Source of the DNA: an uncultured Pseudomonadota bacterium
GTDB lineage: Bacteria > Chloroflexota > UBA5177 > JAJPKF01
Direction: 5' to 3'
Assembly: GCA_963836045.1 (NCBI GenBank)
Contig: CAWIIC010000005.1
Span: 821,646 to 885,645 of the forward strand
DNA: 64,000 bases
Shown: positions 46,123 through 55,346 of the stretch, piece after piece
Position numbering within the stretch: position 1 is the first letter of the stretch
Layout of the letters: every line of letters begins with the position of its first letter
The notes under the pieces: generated by a model
What the model saw: the letters and a program-made list of their open reading frames with translations, nothing else
Told to the model about the DNA's origin: nothing
Database searches by the model: none
Position numbers and translations under genes: made by a program

Positions 46123-47063
46123 CCCAGGCGGTCGTCCAGTCGGGCCCATCCGCCATACTTGACGAGCCGGCGAATAGTGCCGCCTCCCGACGATCGCGAC
46201 TCCGCGACGCCGGCGCCATCGCTGGGGTATTCGCGGTGATAATCGGCCTCTGGTACCTCGGAGCGATCTACTACAACTGGGGCTCCCTGGCGCTCCACTA
46301 CTCGGACCTCGGCCAGACCTCCGTGTGGCAGCACATGAGCTTTATCGATAAGATTAAGGCCACCCTCAACGAACCGCTGCCCACCATGCCGGCACCCCAT
46401 CAGGTCCTAGCCGACCTCTGGTCCCGCTTAGCTGAGCCGCCAAGCGCTAACGGCAACCTCTGGGTCGATTTTGCGACGACCGGTACCGAGGCGGTTCTCG
46501 GATTCCTGCTGGGTGCGGCCGTGGCGATCGCCCTCGCGTTCGCCTTCGTTCGCAGCCGTATCCTCGAGCTTTCGCTGTTCCCATATGTAGTCATGTCGCA
46601 AACCGTTCCGATCGTCGCCCTCGTTCCGGCGTTGGTGGTAGCGCTTGGCTTGGGCCTGCGAGCGAAAGTCTTGGTCGCCGCCTACCTCGCCTTTTACCCG
46701 ATAACGGTTAGCGCGGTGAAGGGCTTGCGGTCGGTCGACCCCCTGGCCGAGGAGCTGATGCGCTCCTATGCCGCGAGCTCGCGTCAGGTCTTCCTCAAGC
46801 TCCGCCTGCCGTCGGCGCTCCCCTACATATTCACCGGCCTGAAGATCGGCATCACCGCCAGCGTGATCGGGGCGATCATCTCCGAGCTGCCCGTTGGATC
46901 GGAGTTCGGGTTTGGGCGGGCCATCATTGACGCCAGCCAGTACGGCCTGAACATCCTGTTGTGGTCGACGATCGTCGCCTCAGGCCTTCTCGGCCTGGTG
47001 CTGTATGGCTGTGTCGTGCTGTTCGAGCGCGTGGTCGTGCGCGCCCGGCTCGAGGACGCGTAG
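46119..47063 (+). CDS. ABC transporter permease (NitT/TauT family, BPD_transp_1)
   Basis: Multi-TM protein with an EAA-like loop (SVDPLAEELMRSYAAS...KLRLPSALPYIFTGLK). ATGA-coupled to the ATPase gene. Confidence 0.85.
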   Translation: MTQAVVQSGPSAILDEPANSAASRRSRLRDAGAIAGVFAVIIGLWYLGAIYYNWGSLALHYSDLGQTSVWQHMSFIDKIKATLNEPLPTMPAPHQVLADLWSRLAEPPSANGNLWVDFATTGTEAVLGFLLGAAVAIALAFAFVRSRILELSLFPYVVMSQTVPIVALVPALVVALGLGLRAKVLVAAYLAFYPITVSAVKGLRSVDPLAEELMRSYAASSRQVFLKLRLPSALPYIFTGLKIGITASVIGAIISELPVGSEFGFGRAIIDASQYGLNILLWSTIVASGLLGLVLYGCVVLFERVVVRARLEDA

Positions 47064-47066
47064 CTG

Positions 47067-47966
47067 GTGGCCATGGAAAGCTCGCTCACTCCTCACTCGG
47101 ATGAGGAAGTGGTCGGCGCCGAGCTGGCCGGCGGCGAGGGACAGCTGGTCACCGAGCACCTCGTGCTCGACGCTGTCGAGCCGGGCAAGTGGAATCCGCG
47201 CATAGCCGTACAGCGGCTCCTCCCTCCGGCCATCGTTTTCATTCTGATGCTCGTCGGCTGGGAGTATTTGTCTCCTCGTGTAGTCCCTACCTCTCAGCTC
47301 CCGGTCCCGTCTCAGATCTGGCAGACGTTCCAATCCGTGCACAGTATTCTTCTCAGTTACGCGTGGTTTACGTTCTGGAATGAGGCTTTGAGGGGATTCC
47401 TGATCGGATCGGCGGCCGGCTTTCTCCTCGCCGTGTTGGCCTGGCGTTTTGCGATCGTCGGTCGTGGCCTCGTGCCCTACGCCGTAATCAGCAACTCAGT
47501 GCCGATCGTGGCGATGGCCCCCATCGCCGTGGTCCTGTTTGGGTTTGACTGGCAGTCAAAGGCGGTGATCTGCGCCGTGATGTGCGTTTTCCCGATGCTG
47601 GTCAACACCTATCGCGGATTGGTTTCGGTGGACCCGCTCTCGCGGGACCTGTTGTCCTCTTACGGAGCCGGTGAGTGGACCGCCTTCTGGAAGCTGCGCC
47701 TTCCCGCCTCCCTGCCGTTTGTGTTTAATGGCCTGAAGATCAACACCACGCTGGCCATGATCGGAGCTATCATCGGCGAGTTCTTCGGCAGTCCACCCGA
47801 GGGCCTTGGCCTCTATATCTACAACCAGTCCGGAATCAACAACTACGCCGAGGTGTGGGCCGGCGTATTCGTCGCCTGTGCCGTCGGCATCGTGTTCTAC
47901 GGAGTCGTCCTGGGCATCGAACGCAGGTTTACGTCCTGGCACATTTCATATCGAGCCGGCCGCTAG
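47067..47966 (+). CDS. second ABC transporter permease (paralogue of the preceding gene)
   Basis: SVDPLSRDLLSSYGAG...KLRLPASLPFVFNGLK parallels the upstream permease. Confidence 0.85.
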   Translation: MAMESSLTPHSDEEVVGAELAGGEGQLVTEHLVLDAVEPGKWNPRIAVQRLLPPAIVFILMLVGWEYLSPRVVPTSQLPVPSQIWQTFQSVHSILLSYAWFTFWNEALRGFLIGSAAGFLLAVLAWRFAIVGRGLVPYAVISNSVPIVAMAPIAVVLFGFDWQSKAVICAVMCVFPMLVNTYRGLVSVDPLSRDLLSSYGAGEWTAFWKLRLPASLPFVFNGLKINTTLAMIGAIIGEFFGSPPEGLGLYIYNQSGINNYAEVWAGVFVACAVGIVFYGVVLGIERRFTSWHISYRAGR

Positions 47967-48087
47967 CCGGGTGGGAACACAACAGGAACGGGAGAGCACG
48001 AAAGGAGGATTGAAGAGCGGGATTCGAATGGAAGCGAGGTCGCCCCTTTTGAGATTCAAATCTAAGTCAGTAGGAAAGAGGACACAT

Positions 48088-49137
48088 ATGTCACGAATTA
48101 TGCGTGCCTTGAGCGTGGTCGCAATTATGAGCATCGCACTCATCGGTGGGACGGCGCTGGCCAATCCAGCGCACAAATCCATGATCAACATCAAGCTTCA
48201 GCTGAAGTGGGTGGCGCAGTCCCAGTTTGCCGGCTATTTCGTCGCGTACAACAAGGGCTATTACAAAAAGGCCGGTCTCAACGTCACCATCCTCAACGGC
48301 GGACCACAAGTCACACCCGAGACGGTAGTCGAATCCGGAGCCGCTCAGTTTGGCATCGACTGGCTCCCGTCTCTGTTGCACGAGAGGGACAGCGGACGGC
48401 CCATAGTCAATGTTGCTCAGATATACCAAGCAACCGGCATGCGGATGATCACGTTCAAGAGCTCCGGCATCAACAGCATAAAGAAGTTCAAGGGACACAC
48501 GGTCGGCGTGTGGCCGGCAGGAAACCAGTACCAGTTCTTTGCCCTGATGCACAAGCTCGGATACAAATGCTCCGTAAACACTTTCAGCTGCGCCTCGTCG
48601 ACGGGCATCAAAGTCGTTCAGGAGGGTTTCACCATGGACCCATTCCTGAACCATACGCTCCAGGTATCTCAAGCCATGACGTACAACGAGATGGGTGTCG
48701 TGACCGAGCCGCCTCCATCAGGACATGGCGTCCCGCAAAAGAATCTGAACATTTTCGACTACAACAAACTCGGCGTCAGCATGTTGGAAGATGGCATCTT
48801 TGCCCAGCCTAGCTGGCTAAAGTCGCATAAGGCTGCCGCGATCGCCTTCCTGAAGGCATCGATCAAGGGCTGGGACTTCGTGGTCAAGAACCCGACTGAG
48901 GCCGGCAAGATCACCTACAAGTACATCCCAGCGGGAACTGCTACTCAGGGCCACATGATCTTTCAGGCCAAGCAGGTCGCCAAGCTGATCAAGGCTAATC
49001 TGAAGGGCCACAAGATAGGCTGGATGAACCCAGCGTCATATGCGCGCACCTGGAAGGAGGCCAAGCTCGACGGCGTGATCTCGAAAAAGCCAAGCGGCGC
49101 CTACAACCAGAGCTACTGGAAAGCAGCCACCAAGTAA
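48088..49137 (+). CDS. periplasmic/extracytoplasmic substrate-binding protein, NMT1/THI5-like (NitT/TauT family)
   Basis: Signal peptide MSRIMRALSVVAIMSIALIGGTALA, then KLQLKWVAQSQFAGYFVAYNKGYYKKAGLNVT. GGAAAGAGGA lies upstream of ATG 48088. The ORF-track start at 47806 lies inside the permease gene. Confidence 0.8.
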   Translation: MSRIMRALSVVAIMSIALIGGTALANPAHKSMINIKLQLKWVAQSQFAGYFVAYNKGYYKKAGLNVTILNGGPQVTPETVVESGAAQFGIDWLPSLLHERDSGRPIVNVAQIYQATGMRMITFKSSGINSIKKFKGHTVGVWPAGNQYQFFALMHKLGYKCSVNTFSCASSTGIKVVQEGFTMDPFLNHTLQVSQAMTYNEMGVVTEPPPSGHGVPQKNLNIFDYNKLGVSMLEDGIFAQPSWLKSHKAAAIAFLKASIKGWDFVVKNPTEAGKITYKYIPAGTATQGHMIFQAKQVAKLIKANLKGHKIGWMNPASYARTWKEAKLDGVISKKPSGAYNQSYWKAATK

Positions 49138-49211
49138 AATCAAGGTCGCACGAAAGTCACCCCGGGGAGAAATCCTCGGGGTGGTCCACTCCGGCCCGGC
49201 ATGAGCTGGCG

Positions 49212-49257
49212 AACAAACTGAAAGCCGACGACTGACAACGAAAAACTGACAACTGAG
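49212..49257 (+). repeat. heptamer tandem array AACAAAC TGAAAGC CGACGAC TGACAAC GAAAAAC TGACAAC TGAG(ATG)
   Basis: Direct reading of the sequence. TGA triplets fall in all three frames, and the array abuts the ATG of the FAD-subunit gene. Confidence 0.7.
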
Positions 49258-50145
49258 ATGAAACCCGCACCATTCGAGTACGCCGATCCCCGGTCTCTCC
49301 CTGAGGCTCTTGCCCTCCTGGCCGCACGGGGCGACGAGGCAAAGATCCTGGCTGGTGGCCAGAGCCTGGTTCCGCTCCTGAATATGCGGCTGGCCATGCC
49401 TGACCTGCTGGTTGACGTCAACGGTATCTCTGGGCTGGACACCATGTCGACGGGCCCGAGCCTCACCCTTGGTCCGCTGGTCCGTCAGCATTCGGTCGAG
49501 CGCTCGTCGATCCTATGTGATGAGCAGCCGCTGTTGCACGACGCGATTAGGTGGGTGGGTCACCCCCAGATCCGCAATCGAGGAACGGTCGTCGGTAGTC
49601 TCGTTCACGCCGATCCCGCCGCCGAGCTCCCCGTGGTGTGGCAGGCGCAGGAAGGCAGCCTTGAGCTGGTTTCCGCCGCCGGCCGTCGTTCCGTCCCGGC
49701 TCAGGACTTTTTCCTCCACATCATGACAACCGCCTGCGAGGCTGACGAAATGGTTGTCGGCGTCTCCTTACCTCCCCTCCCACCGTCGACGGGAACGGCG
49801 TTCTTGGAAGTGGCGCGCCGCCACGGCGACTTCGCCGTTGTATCGGTCGCCGTTCTGCTCACGGTAGATGCCGGTATGGTGTCCAGGGCGCGCATCGCTC
49901 TCGGCGGTGTCGCCCCGACACCCTTGCGCGCCCGCGGTGCCGAGGAAAGGCTGACGGGGACTCCCGTTGACGTGACCGCGTTCGCCGAGGCCGCCCGGAT
50001 CGCGGCGACGGAAACCGAGCCGGTATCCGATGTTCACGGGACGGCCGAGTATCGCCGTGAGGTGGCAGCGACGCTCGTCCGCCGATCCCTGGTGCTGGCC
50101 GCGGAAAGAGTACCGGCTCGAGAAGCTACTGAGGTGCCCGCATGA
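49258..50145 (+). CDS. FAD-binding (medium, CoxM-like) subunit of a xanthine dehydrogenase/CODH-family molybdenum hydroxylase
   Basis: MKPAPFEY..., ILAGGQSLVPLLNMR, GTVVGS. Confidence 0.88.
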   Translation: MKPAPFEYADPRSLPEALALLAARGDEAKILAGGQSLVPLLNMRLAMPDLLVDVNGISGLDTMSTGPSLTLGPLVRQHSVERSSILCDEQPLLHDAIRWVGHPQIRNRGTVVGSLVHADPAAELPVVWQAQEGSLELVSAAGRRSVPAQDFFLHIMTTACEADEMVVGVSLPPLPPSTGTAFLEVARRHGDFAVVSVAVLLTVDAGMVSRARIALGGVAPTPLRARGAEERLTGTPVDVTAFAEAARIAATETEPVSDVHGTAEYRREVAATLVRRSLVLAAERVPAREATEVPA

Positions 50146-50618
50146 CGCCGCTCCGAACGATCTCGGTTACCGTCAATGGGAATATGTACACCGCGGAAGT
50201 TCCGGTGAGACTGCTGCTGTCCGATTTCCTCCGCGGCAACCTAGGCCTAACCGGGACGCACGTCGGCTGCGAGCACGGTGTTTGCGGGTGCTGCACCGTT
50301 CTGCTTGAAAATCGGCCCGTTCGCTCCTGCCTGATGTTTGCTGTTCAGGCGTCAGGGCATGACATCGCCACGGTTGAGGGCCTGAGGGCTGAAGGCGAGG
50401 CCTTGCACCCCTTGCAGGAGGCCTTCCACCAGGAGCACGCCCTCCAGTGCGGCTTCTGCACCTCGGGGATATTGATGACCCTCGTCCCCTTTCTCCAGGA
50501 CAACCCGCGCCCGAGCCCGGAGCAGATCCGTGAAGCGCTCTCTGGTAACCTTTGTCGCTGCACCGGCTACGTCAATATCGTGAAAGCCGTGCAGCGCGCC
50601 ACTGGACAGGTCCCATGA
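50142..50618 (+). CDS. [2Fe-2S]-binding small (CoxS-like) subunit
   Basis: CEHGVCGCCTV and QCGFCTSG...CRCTGY cysteine clusters. Confidence 0.92.
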   Translation: MTPLRTISVTVNGNMYTAEVPVRLLLSDFLRGNLGLTGTHVGCEHGVCGCCTVLLENRPVRSCLMFAVQASGHDIATVEGLRAEGEALHPLQEAFHQEHALQCGFCTSGILMTLVPFLQDNPRPSPEQIREALSGNLCRCTGYVNIVKAVQRATGQVP

Positions 50619-53011
50619 CCACCCGATGGTTTGGCCAACCTGTGACCCGCAACGAGGACCATCGCTTGCTGACCGGGCACGGTCGCTACGTCGACGACAT
50701 TCCGATGCCCGAGGCCTTGCACGCTGCGATCCTGCGATCTCCGATTGCTCACGGCCGGATCACCCGGATCGACGTGACGGCGGCCCGTGAGTTGGCAGGC
50801 GTCCACGCCGTCTGGACCGCGGAAGACCTCGGCGATGTGTTGCGGCCGTCGCCCATGGTCGTGCCCCACGACGTTCTTACCCAGCCTCGAACCCAGTACC
50901 CTCTGGCCCGTGAGTTCGTGAATTATGTCGGCGAGCCCGTCGCGTTCGTCATCGCTGACGATCGTTACATCGCGGAAGACGCCTGCGACCTGATCGAAGT
51001 CGAGTACGACCAGCTACCGGCTGTCGTCGATCTCGAGAGCGCCACGGCCGAGGGAGGTCCGCTGGTGCATCATGACGTGCCTGGCAACGTAGCCGCACAC
51101 CTTCTTCAGACGGTCGGAGACGTCAATGTCGCGTTCAGCCGGGCCGCACATGTTTTCGAGGAACGGTTGTTTGTCGAGCGCGGAGCCGGCCAGCCCATGG
51201 AATGCCGCGCCGTCTGCGCCTCCTACGACCTGACCGAGGGCGTCCTGACCGTGTACGACACGACCCAGGCCCCGCTCTCGATTCGCAATGGCCTGGCGGT
51301 CCTTTTCCATCTGCCGGAGAGCCAGGTCCGCGTGGTAGCACCCGACGTCGGCGGCGCCTTCGGCACCAAAATCATGATGTTCTACTCGGAGGAGGTTCTT
51401 GTCCCTCTGGCTGCGCTCCGGCTGAAACGGCCCGTCCGCTGGGCCGAGGATCGCCGCGAGCACCTGATCGCCTCCAACCACGAGCGCGGTCAGCTCCACT
51501 GGTCCGCCATAGCGGTCGACGACGACGGCGTGATCCTCGGCGTCAAGGACAGATTCCTGCACGACACCGGTGCGTACACCCCCTATGGGATCATCGTTCC
51601 CATCATCACTTCGACGCAGCTCCCGGGCCCCTACAAGGTGCCCAACTACTTCAGCGACGCGAGTGTGATCTACACCAACAAAGTGCCCGTCACCCCTTAT
51701 CGGGGCGCTGGTCGTCCCCAGGGCTGCTTCGTAATGGAGCGGCTGATCGACCGCGTAGCGGCGGAGCTGAGCCTCGACCGCGCCGTCGTCCGCCGGCGGA
51801 ACTTCATCCAGCCCGATGAGTTCCCGTACGACGTTGGCCTGACGTTTCAGGATGGCCGTCCGACCAAGTACGATAGCGGGAACTATCCCGAGGCGCTGGA
51901 AAGGGTGCTTGAGGCTATAGGGTGGGATGCGTTCCAGGACCGGCAGGCATCCGCTCGCCACGAGGGCAAGTACCTCGGTATCGGAGTAGGATGCTACGTC
52001 GAAGGAACCGGAATCGGCCCGTACGAGGGAGCTCATGTTCGCGTCGACGGCACGGCCCGGCGGGTGATCGTTGCTACCTGCGTGGGCACCCAGGGACAGA
52101 GCCACCAGACGTCTTTCGCCCAGATCGTCGCCGATGAGCTGGGGTGCCTTCCCAGTGAAGTCGACATAACAACAGGCGATAGCCGGTCGATGAACTGGGG
52201 ATCCGGCACGTACGCCAGCCGCTCGGCCGTGGTGACCGGCAACGCGATCCACGCCTCGTCCCTGGCCGTCGCAAACAAAGCCAGAGCACTGGCTTCCGAA
52301 ATGTTCGAGGCGGACCCGGAGGATATCGAGCTGGCCGGTGGCCGCGTCGGCGTGAAGGGCTCTCCCCAAAGCAGCGTCTCTCTCTGGGACATCGCGATAG
52401 CCGCGAACCCGATCCGCTACGCCTATGGCGATCAGGCCAAAGAGGCGATGAGCATGCTGAGACCCCGTGATGGCGCGGCCCTAGAGGAGGGAGCCGATCC
52501 CGGCCTGGAAGCCCGGAAGTACTTCGCTCCTGAACGCGCCACCTGGGCGAGCGGCATCCACGCCGCCATCATCGAGATCGACGCCGAAACCGGCGTCCCG
52601 ACTATTGAGAAGTACGTCGCCGTTCACGATTGCGGGCGCGTGATCAATCCGACAGTCGTCGAGGGGCAGGTGCATGGCGGCGTGGCTCAGGGCATTGGCG
52701 GATCGTTCTACGAGCGTATGGTGTACGATCCGGACGGCCAGCCCCTCTCCAGCACGTTCATGGATTATCTGATCCCAACGGCCATGGAAGTGCCGGATAT
52801 CGAGACTATTCACGTCGAGACGCCGTCGACGCTCAATCCCCTGGGGATCAAGGGGGCTGGTGAGGCCGGTGTGATCCCGGTTCCGGCGCTGATGGCGTCG
52901 GCCGTGGAAAATGCTCTGCAGCCCTTCGGTGTTCATGTCACCCGTATGCCCCTGAGTCCCAGCGATATTCGCGAGACGATCCGCGCCGGCAGAAACCTGG
53001 ACGCGGCCTGA
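50615..53011 (+). CDS. molybdopterin-binding large subunit, form-II CoxL-like (not a bona fide CO dehydrogenase signature)
   Basis: N-terminus GQPVTRNEDHRLLTGHGRYVDDI. The active-site loop is VTPYRGAGRPQG (AYRGAGR type) rather than the AYxCSFR of true CODH. ATG 50615 overlaps the small-subunit stop. Confidence 0.88.
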   Translation: MTTRWFGQPVTRNEDHRLLTGHGRYVDDIPMPEALHAAILRSPIAHGRITRIDVTAARELAGVHAVWTAEDLGDVLRPSPMVVPHDVLTQPRTQYPLAREFVNYVGEPVAFVIADDRYIAEDACDLIEVEYDQLPAVVDLESATAEGGPLVHHDVPGNVAAHLLQTVGDVNVAFSRAAHVFEERLFVERGAGQPMECRAVCASYDLTEGVLTVYDTTQAPLSIRNGLAVLFHLPESQVRVVAPDVGGAFGTKIMMFYSEEVLVPLAALRLKRPVRWAEDRREHLIASNHERGQLHWSAIAVDDDGVILGVKDRFLHDTGAYTPYGIIVPIITSTQLPGPYKVPNYFSDASVIYTNKVPVTPYRGAGRPQGCFVMERLIDRVAAELSLDRAVVRRRNFIQPDEFPYDVGLTFQDGRPTKYDSGNYPEALERVLEAIGWDAFQDRQASARHEGKYLGIGVGCYVEGTGIGPYEGAHVRVDGTARRVIVATCVGTQGQSHQTSFAQIVADELGCLPSEVDITTGDSRSMNWGSGTYASRSAVVTGNAIHASSLAVANKARALASEMFEADPEDIELAGGRVGVKGSPQSSVSLWDIAIAANPIRYAYGDQAKEAMSMLRPRDGAALEEGADPGLEARKYFAPERATWASGIHAAIIEIDAETGVPTIEKYVAVHDCGRVINPTVVEGQVHGGVAQGIGGSFYERMVYDPDGQPLSSTFMDYLIPTAMEVPDIETIHVETPSTLNPLGIKGAGEAGVIPVPALMASAVENALQPFGVHVTRMPLSPSDIRETIRAGRNLDAA

Positions 53012-55230
53012 TGCCGCGCTACCGGGTCGGCATCGACACCGGCGGTACGTTTACGGACGTAGTGGCCGTCGACCATGACAGTGGCCTGCTGTCCGCCACC
53101 AAGACTCCCAGTAGCCCGGACGACCCCTCACGGTCACTTGCAGCCGGCCTCGACAAGATACTCCATCAAGTCGACGCCAGCCGGCCCGACCTGGAATCGC
53201 TGATTCATGGCACCACGGTTGCTACCAATGCTCTGCTGGAGGAGCGCTTCTCTTCGCTGGCCCTGATCACGACCACCGGGTTCCGTAACATCCTCGAGAT
53301 TGCCCGTCAGAGTGTTCCGAGCGGCTACGGCAACTCCTATTTCTGGGTCAAGCCCCAGCGCATCGTGCCCCTCGAGCTGGTCTTCGAGGTCTCGGAGCGT
53401 TTGAATTTTCGTGGCGAGGTAATGAGGCCGCTCGACGAGGACAGCATTCGGGTTATCGCCGCCGAGCTGCGGGCCCGCGGCGTAACTTCCGCCGCGGTCT
53501 GCCTGATCCACGCCTACGCCAATCCTGAACACGAGCAACGGGTGGCTCGCATTTTGGCGGCTGCGTATCCCGAGCTGGTGGTCTCGCTGTCATCCGATGT
53601 GCTGCCCGAATACCGTGAGTACGAGCGCACTATGACGACGTGCGTGGACGCCTACGTGAAGCCCGTAATGAAGCGGTACATCGATCGCGCTGTCGAAGGG
53701 CTGGGAATAGAGAGCAGGGCAAGCGCCGGGAACGGAAGCCCCAACGGCCACACGCCCTTCCTAATCATGCAATCCAACGGAGGCATGCTTTCGGCCGGCG
53801 AGGTGGCTAGTCAGCCGATTACGACGCTTCTATCGGGGCCCGCCGCCGGCGCCTTGGGAGCAGGCTACCTCGCCGGACTGGCGGGATACGATCGCGTGCT
53901 GACCGTCGACGCGGGAGGCACCTCGACCGACATTTGTCTGGTCGATGGGGGCGTTCCGCACGTGACGACCGAGGGACGAGTCGGGAGGTTCCCCGTGAAG
54001 GTGCCCATGGTCGACATCACTACCATAGGTACGGGAGGCGGCTCGATCGTTTGGATAGATCCGGGCGGTGGGCTACGGGTTGGCCCCAAGAGCGCCGGCG
54101 CCGATCCCGGACCGATCTGCTACTGTCGCGGTGGAGTCGAGCCCACCCTGACCGATGCTAACGTGGCCCTCGGTAGACTGCCCCCCTTCCTGCTCGGAGG
54201 CGAGATGCAGCTCGATGCCGAAGCGGCCTCGGATGGGTTGGGCCGCCTCGCCCGGCGTCTCGGGCTGACCGCTGAGAAGCTGGCCGCCGGCGCTGTCGAG
54301 ATCGCCGATTGGAACCAGGTCCATGCGATAAGGCAGGTCACCGTGAAAAAGGGCCTCGACCCTCGAAGCTATACCATGGTTGCGTTCGGTGGTTCGGGTC
54401 CCTTGCAAGCTCCGAACGTTGCGGGTCTATTAGGGATAGATACCGTGCTGATTCCGCCGAATCCTGGAAATGTGTCTGCCTTTGGACTCCTTGCCGTGGA
54501 TTTCAAGGCCGACTTCGTGGTGACCTCGGTTCACCGAGAAGATCGCGTGGGCCTAGAGGCGCTGAATCAAGGCTTTTCGCGGTTGGAGCAGGAGGCGGTG
54601 GCCGAGCTCGAAGCCGAGGGAGTGCCTTCCGATCGTCGTCGCATGATACGTTCGGCCGACCTCCGTTACTTAGGAGAAGCGTATGAAGTTCGTGTAGATG
54701 CGCCGGAAGGCGAGGTCACCCAGGCGGTGGTCAAGGCCCTGACCGGCAAGTTCCACTCAGAGCATGAACGCCTCTATGGGTACTCATATAGGGGCGAGCA
54801 GTTGTGCGAGATCGTTAACCTGCGAGTCTCAGCCATCGGCGTGGTCGATAGACCAAAGCTTCAATCCACCGCCCCGCCGGCAAACCCGCTATCACATAAA
54901 CCCGCTCCGGCGTCGCCAGACCGTATTCCGGGATCCCACGGACGTGTGCCCGGATCCCACCCTGGGGACCCTTCACACGGCGACACCGAGCACGGACCAG
55001 GACCGACTGCGGTCGCCAAAGGAGCCTCCCCGCAGTCGCACCGCCAGGTGCACCTTGGGCAGTCGGGTTTTGGCAACATTCCGGTGTACGCCCGCAACGA
55101 GCTGGCTTCAGGGCAAGTCCTGCGGGGCCCGGCCGTGGTCGAGGAGTACGGCTCGACATCAATCGTTCCTCCCGGCTGGTCACTCGACGTGGATGGCTGG
55201 CGCAACCTCATCCTCCGAAACTCGCCTTGA
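53011..55230 (+). CDS. hydantoinase/oxoprolinase A-family ATPase (HyuA-like) with a Pro/Ser/His/Gly-rich insertion
   Basis: MPRYRVGIDTGGTFTDVV, VDAGGTSTD, and the C-terminal GPAVVEEYGSTSIVPPGW. Confidence 0.88.
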   Translation: MPRYRVGIDTGGTFTDVVAVDHDSGLLSATKTPSSPDDPSRSLAAGLDKILHQVDASRPDLESLIHGTTVATNALLEERFSSLALITTTGFRNILEIARQSVPSGYGNSYFWVKPQRIVPLELVFEVSERLNFRGEVMRPLDEDSIRVIAAELRARGVTSAAVCLIHAYANPEHEQRVARILAAAYPELVVSLSSDVLPEYREYERTMTTCVDAYVKPVMKRYIDRAVEGLGIESRASAGNGSPNGHTPFLIMQSNGGMLSAGEVASQPITTLLSGPAAGALGAGYLAGLAGYDRVLTVDAGGTSTDICLVDGGVPHVTTEGRVGRFPVKVPMVDITTIGTGGGSIVWIDPGGGLRVGPKSAGADPGPICYCRGGVEPTLTDANVALGRLPPFLLGGEMQLDAEAASDGLGRLARRLGLTAEKLAAGAVEIADWNQVHAIRQVTVKKGLDPRSYTMVAFGGSGPLQAPNVAGLLGIDTVLIPPNPGNVSAFGLLAVDFKADFVVTSVHREDRVGLEALNQGFSRLEQEAVAELEAEGVPSDRRRMIRSADLRYLGEAYEVRVDAPEGEVTQAVVKALTGKFHSEHERLYGYSYRGEQLCEIVNLRVSAIGVVDRPKLQSTAPPANPLSHKPAPASPDRIPGSHGRVPGSHPGDPSHGDTEHGPGPTAVAKGASPQSHRQVHLGQSGFGNIPVYARNELASGQVLRGPAVVEEYGSTSIVPPGWSLDVDGWRNLILRNSP

Positions 55231-55346
55231 GTTAGCGATCATGATCAAATCTCTGGTGGCTCTGCGGCGATCGCGGACGCCTCCCATGGTCCGGCCTTCC
55301 CGATGGCCTGGCGAGCTGACGAGTCCACAAAATCGGTGACCAAGAC

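Noticed and set aside
47967-48087. Palindromic segments (GGATTCGAATGG, AGATTCAAATCT) between the second permease gene and the binding-protein gene.
   Set aside because: They are short, AT-containing palindromes that could be an operator or an RNA processing site. They occur only once and I have no supporting context.
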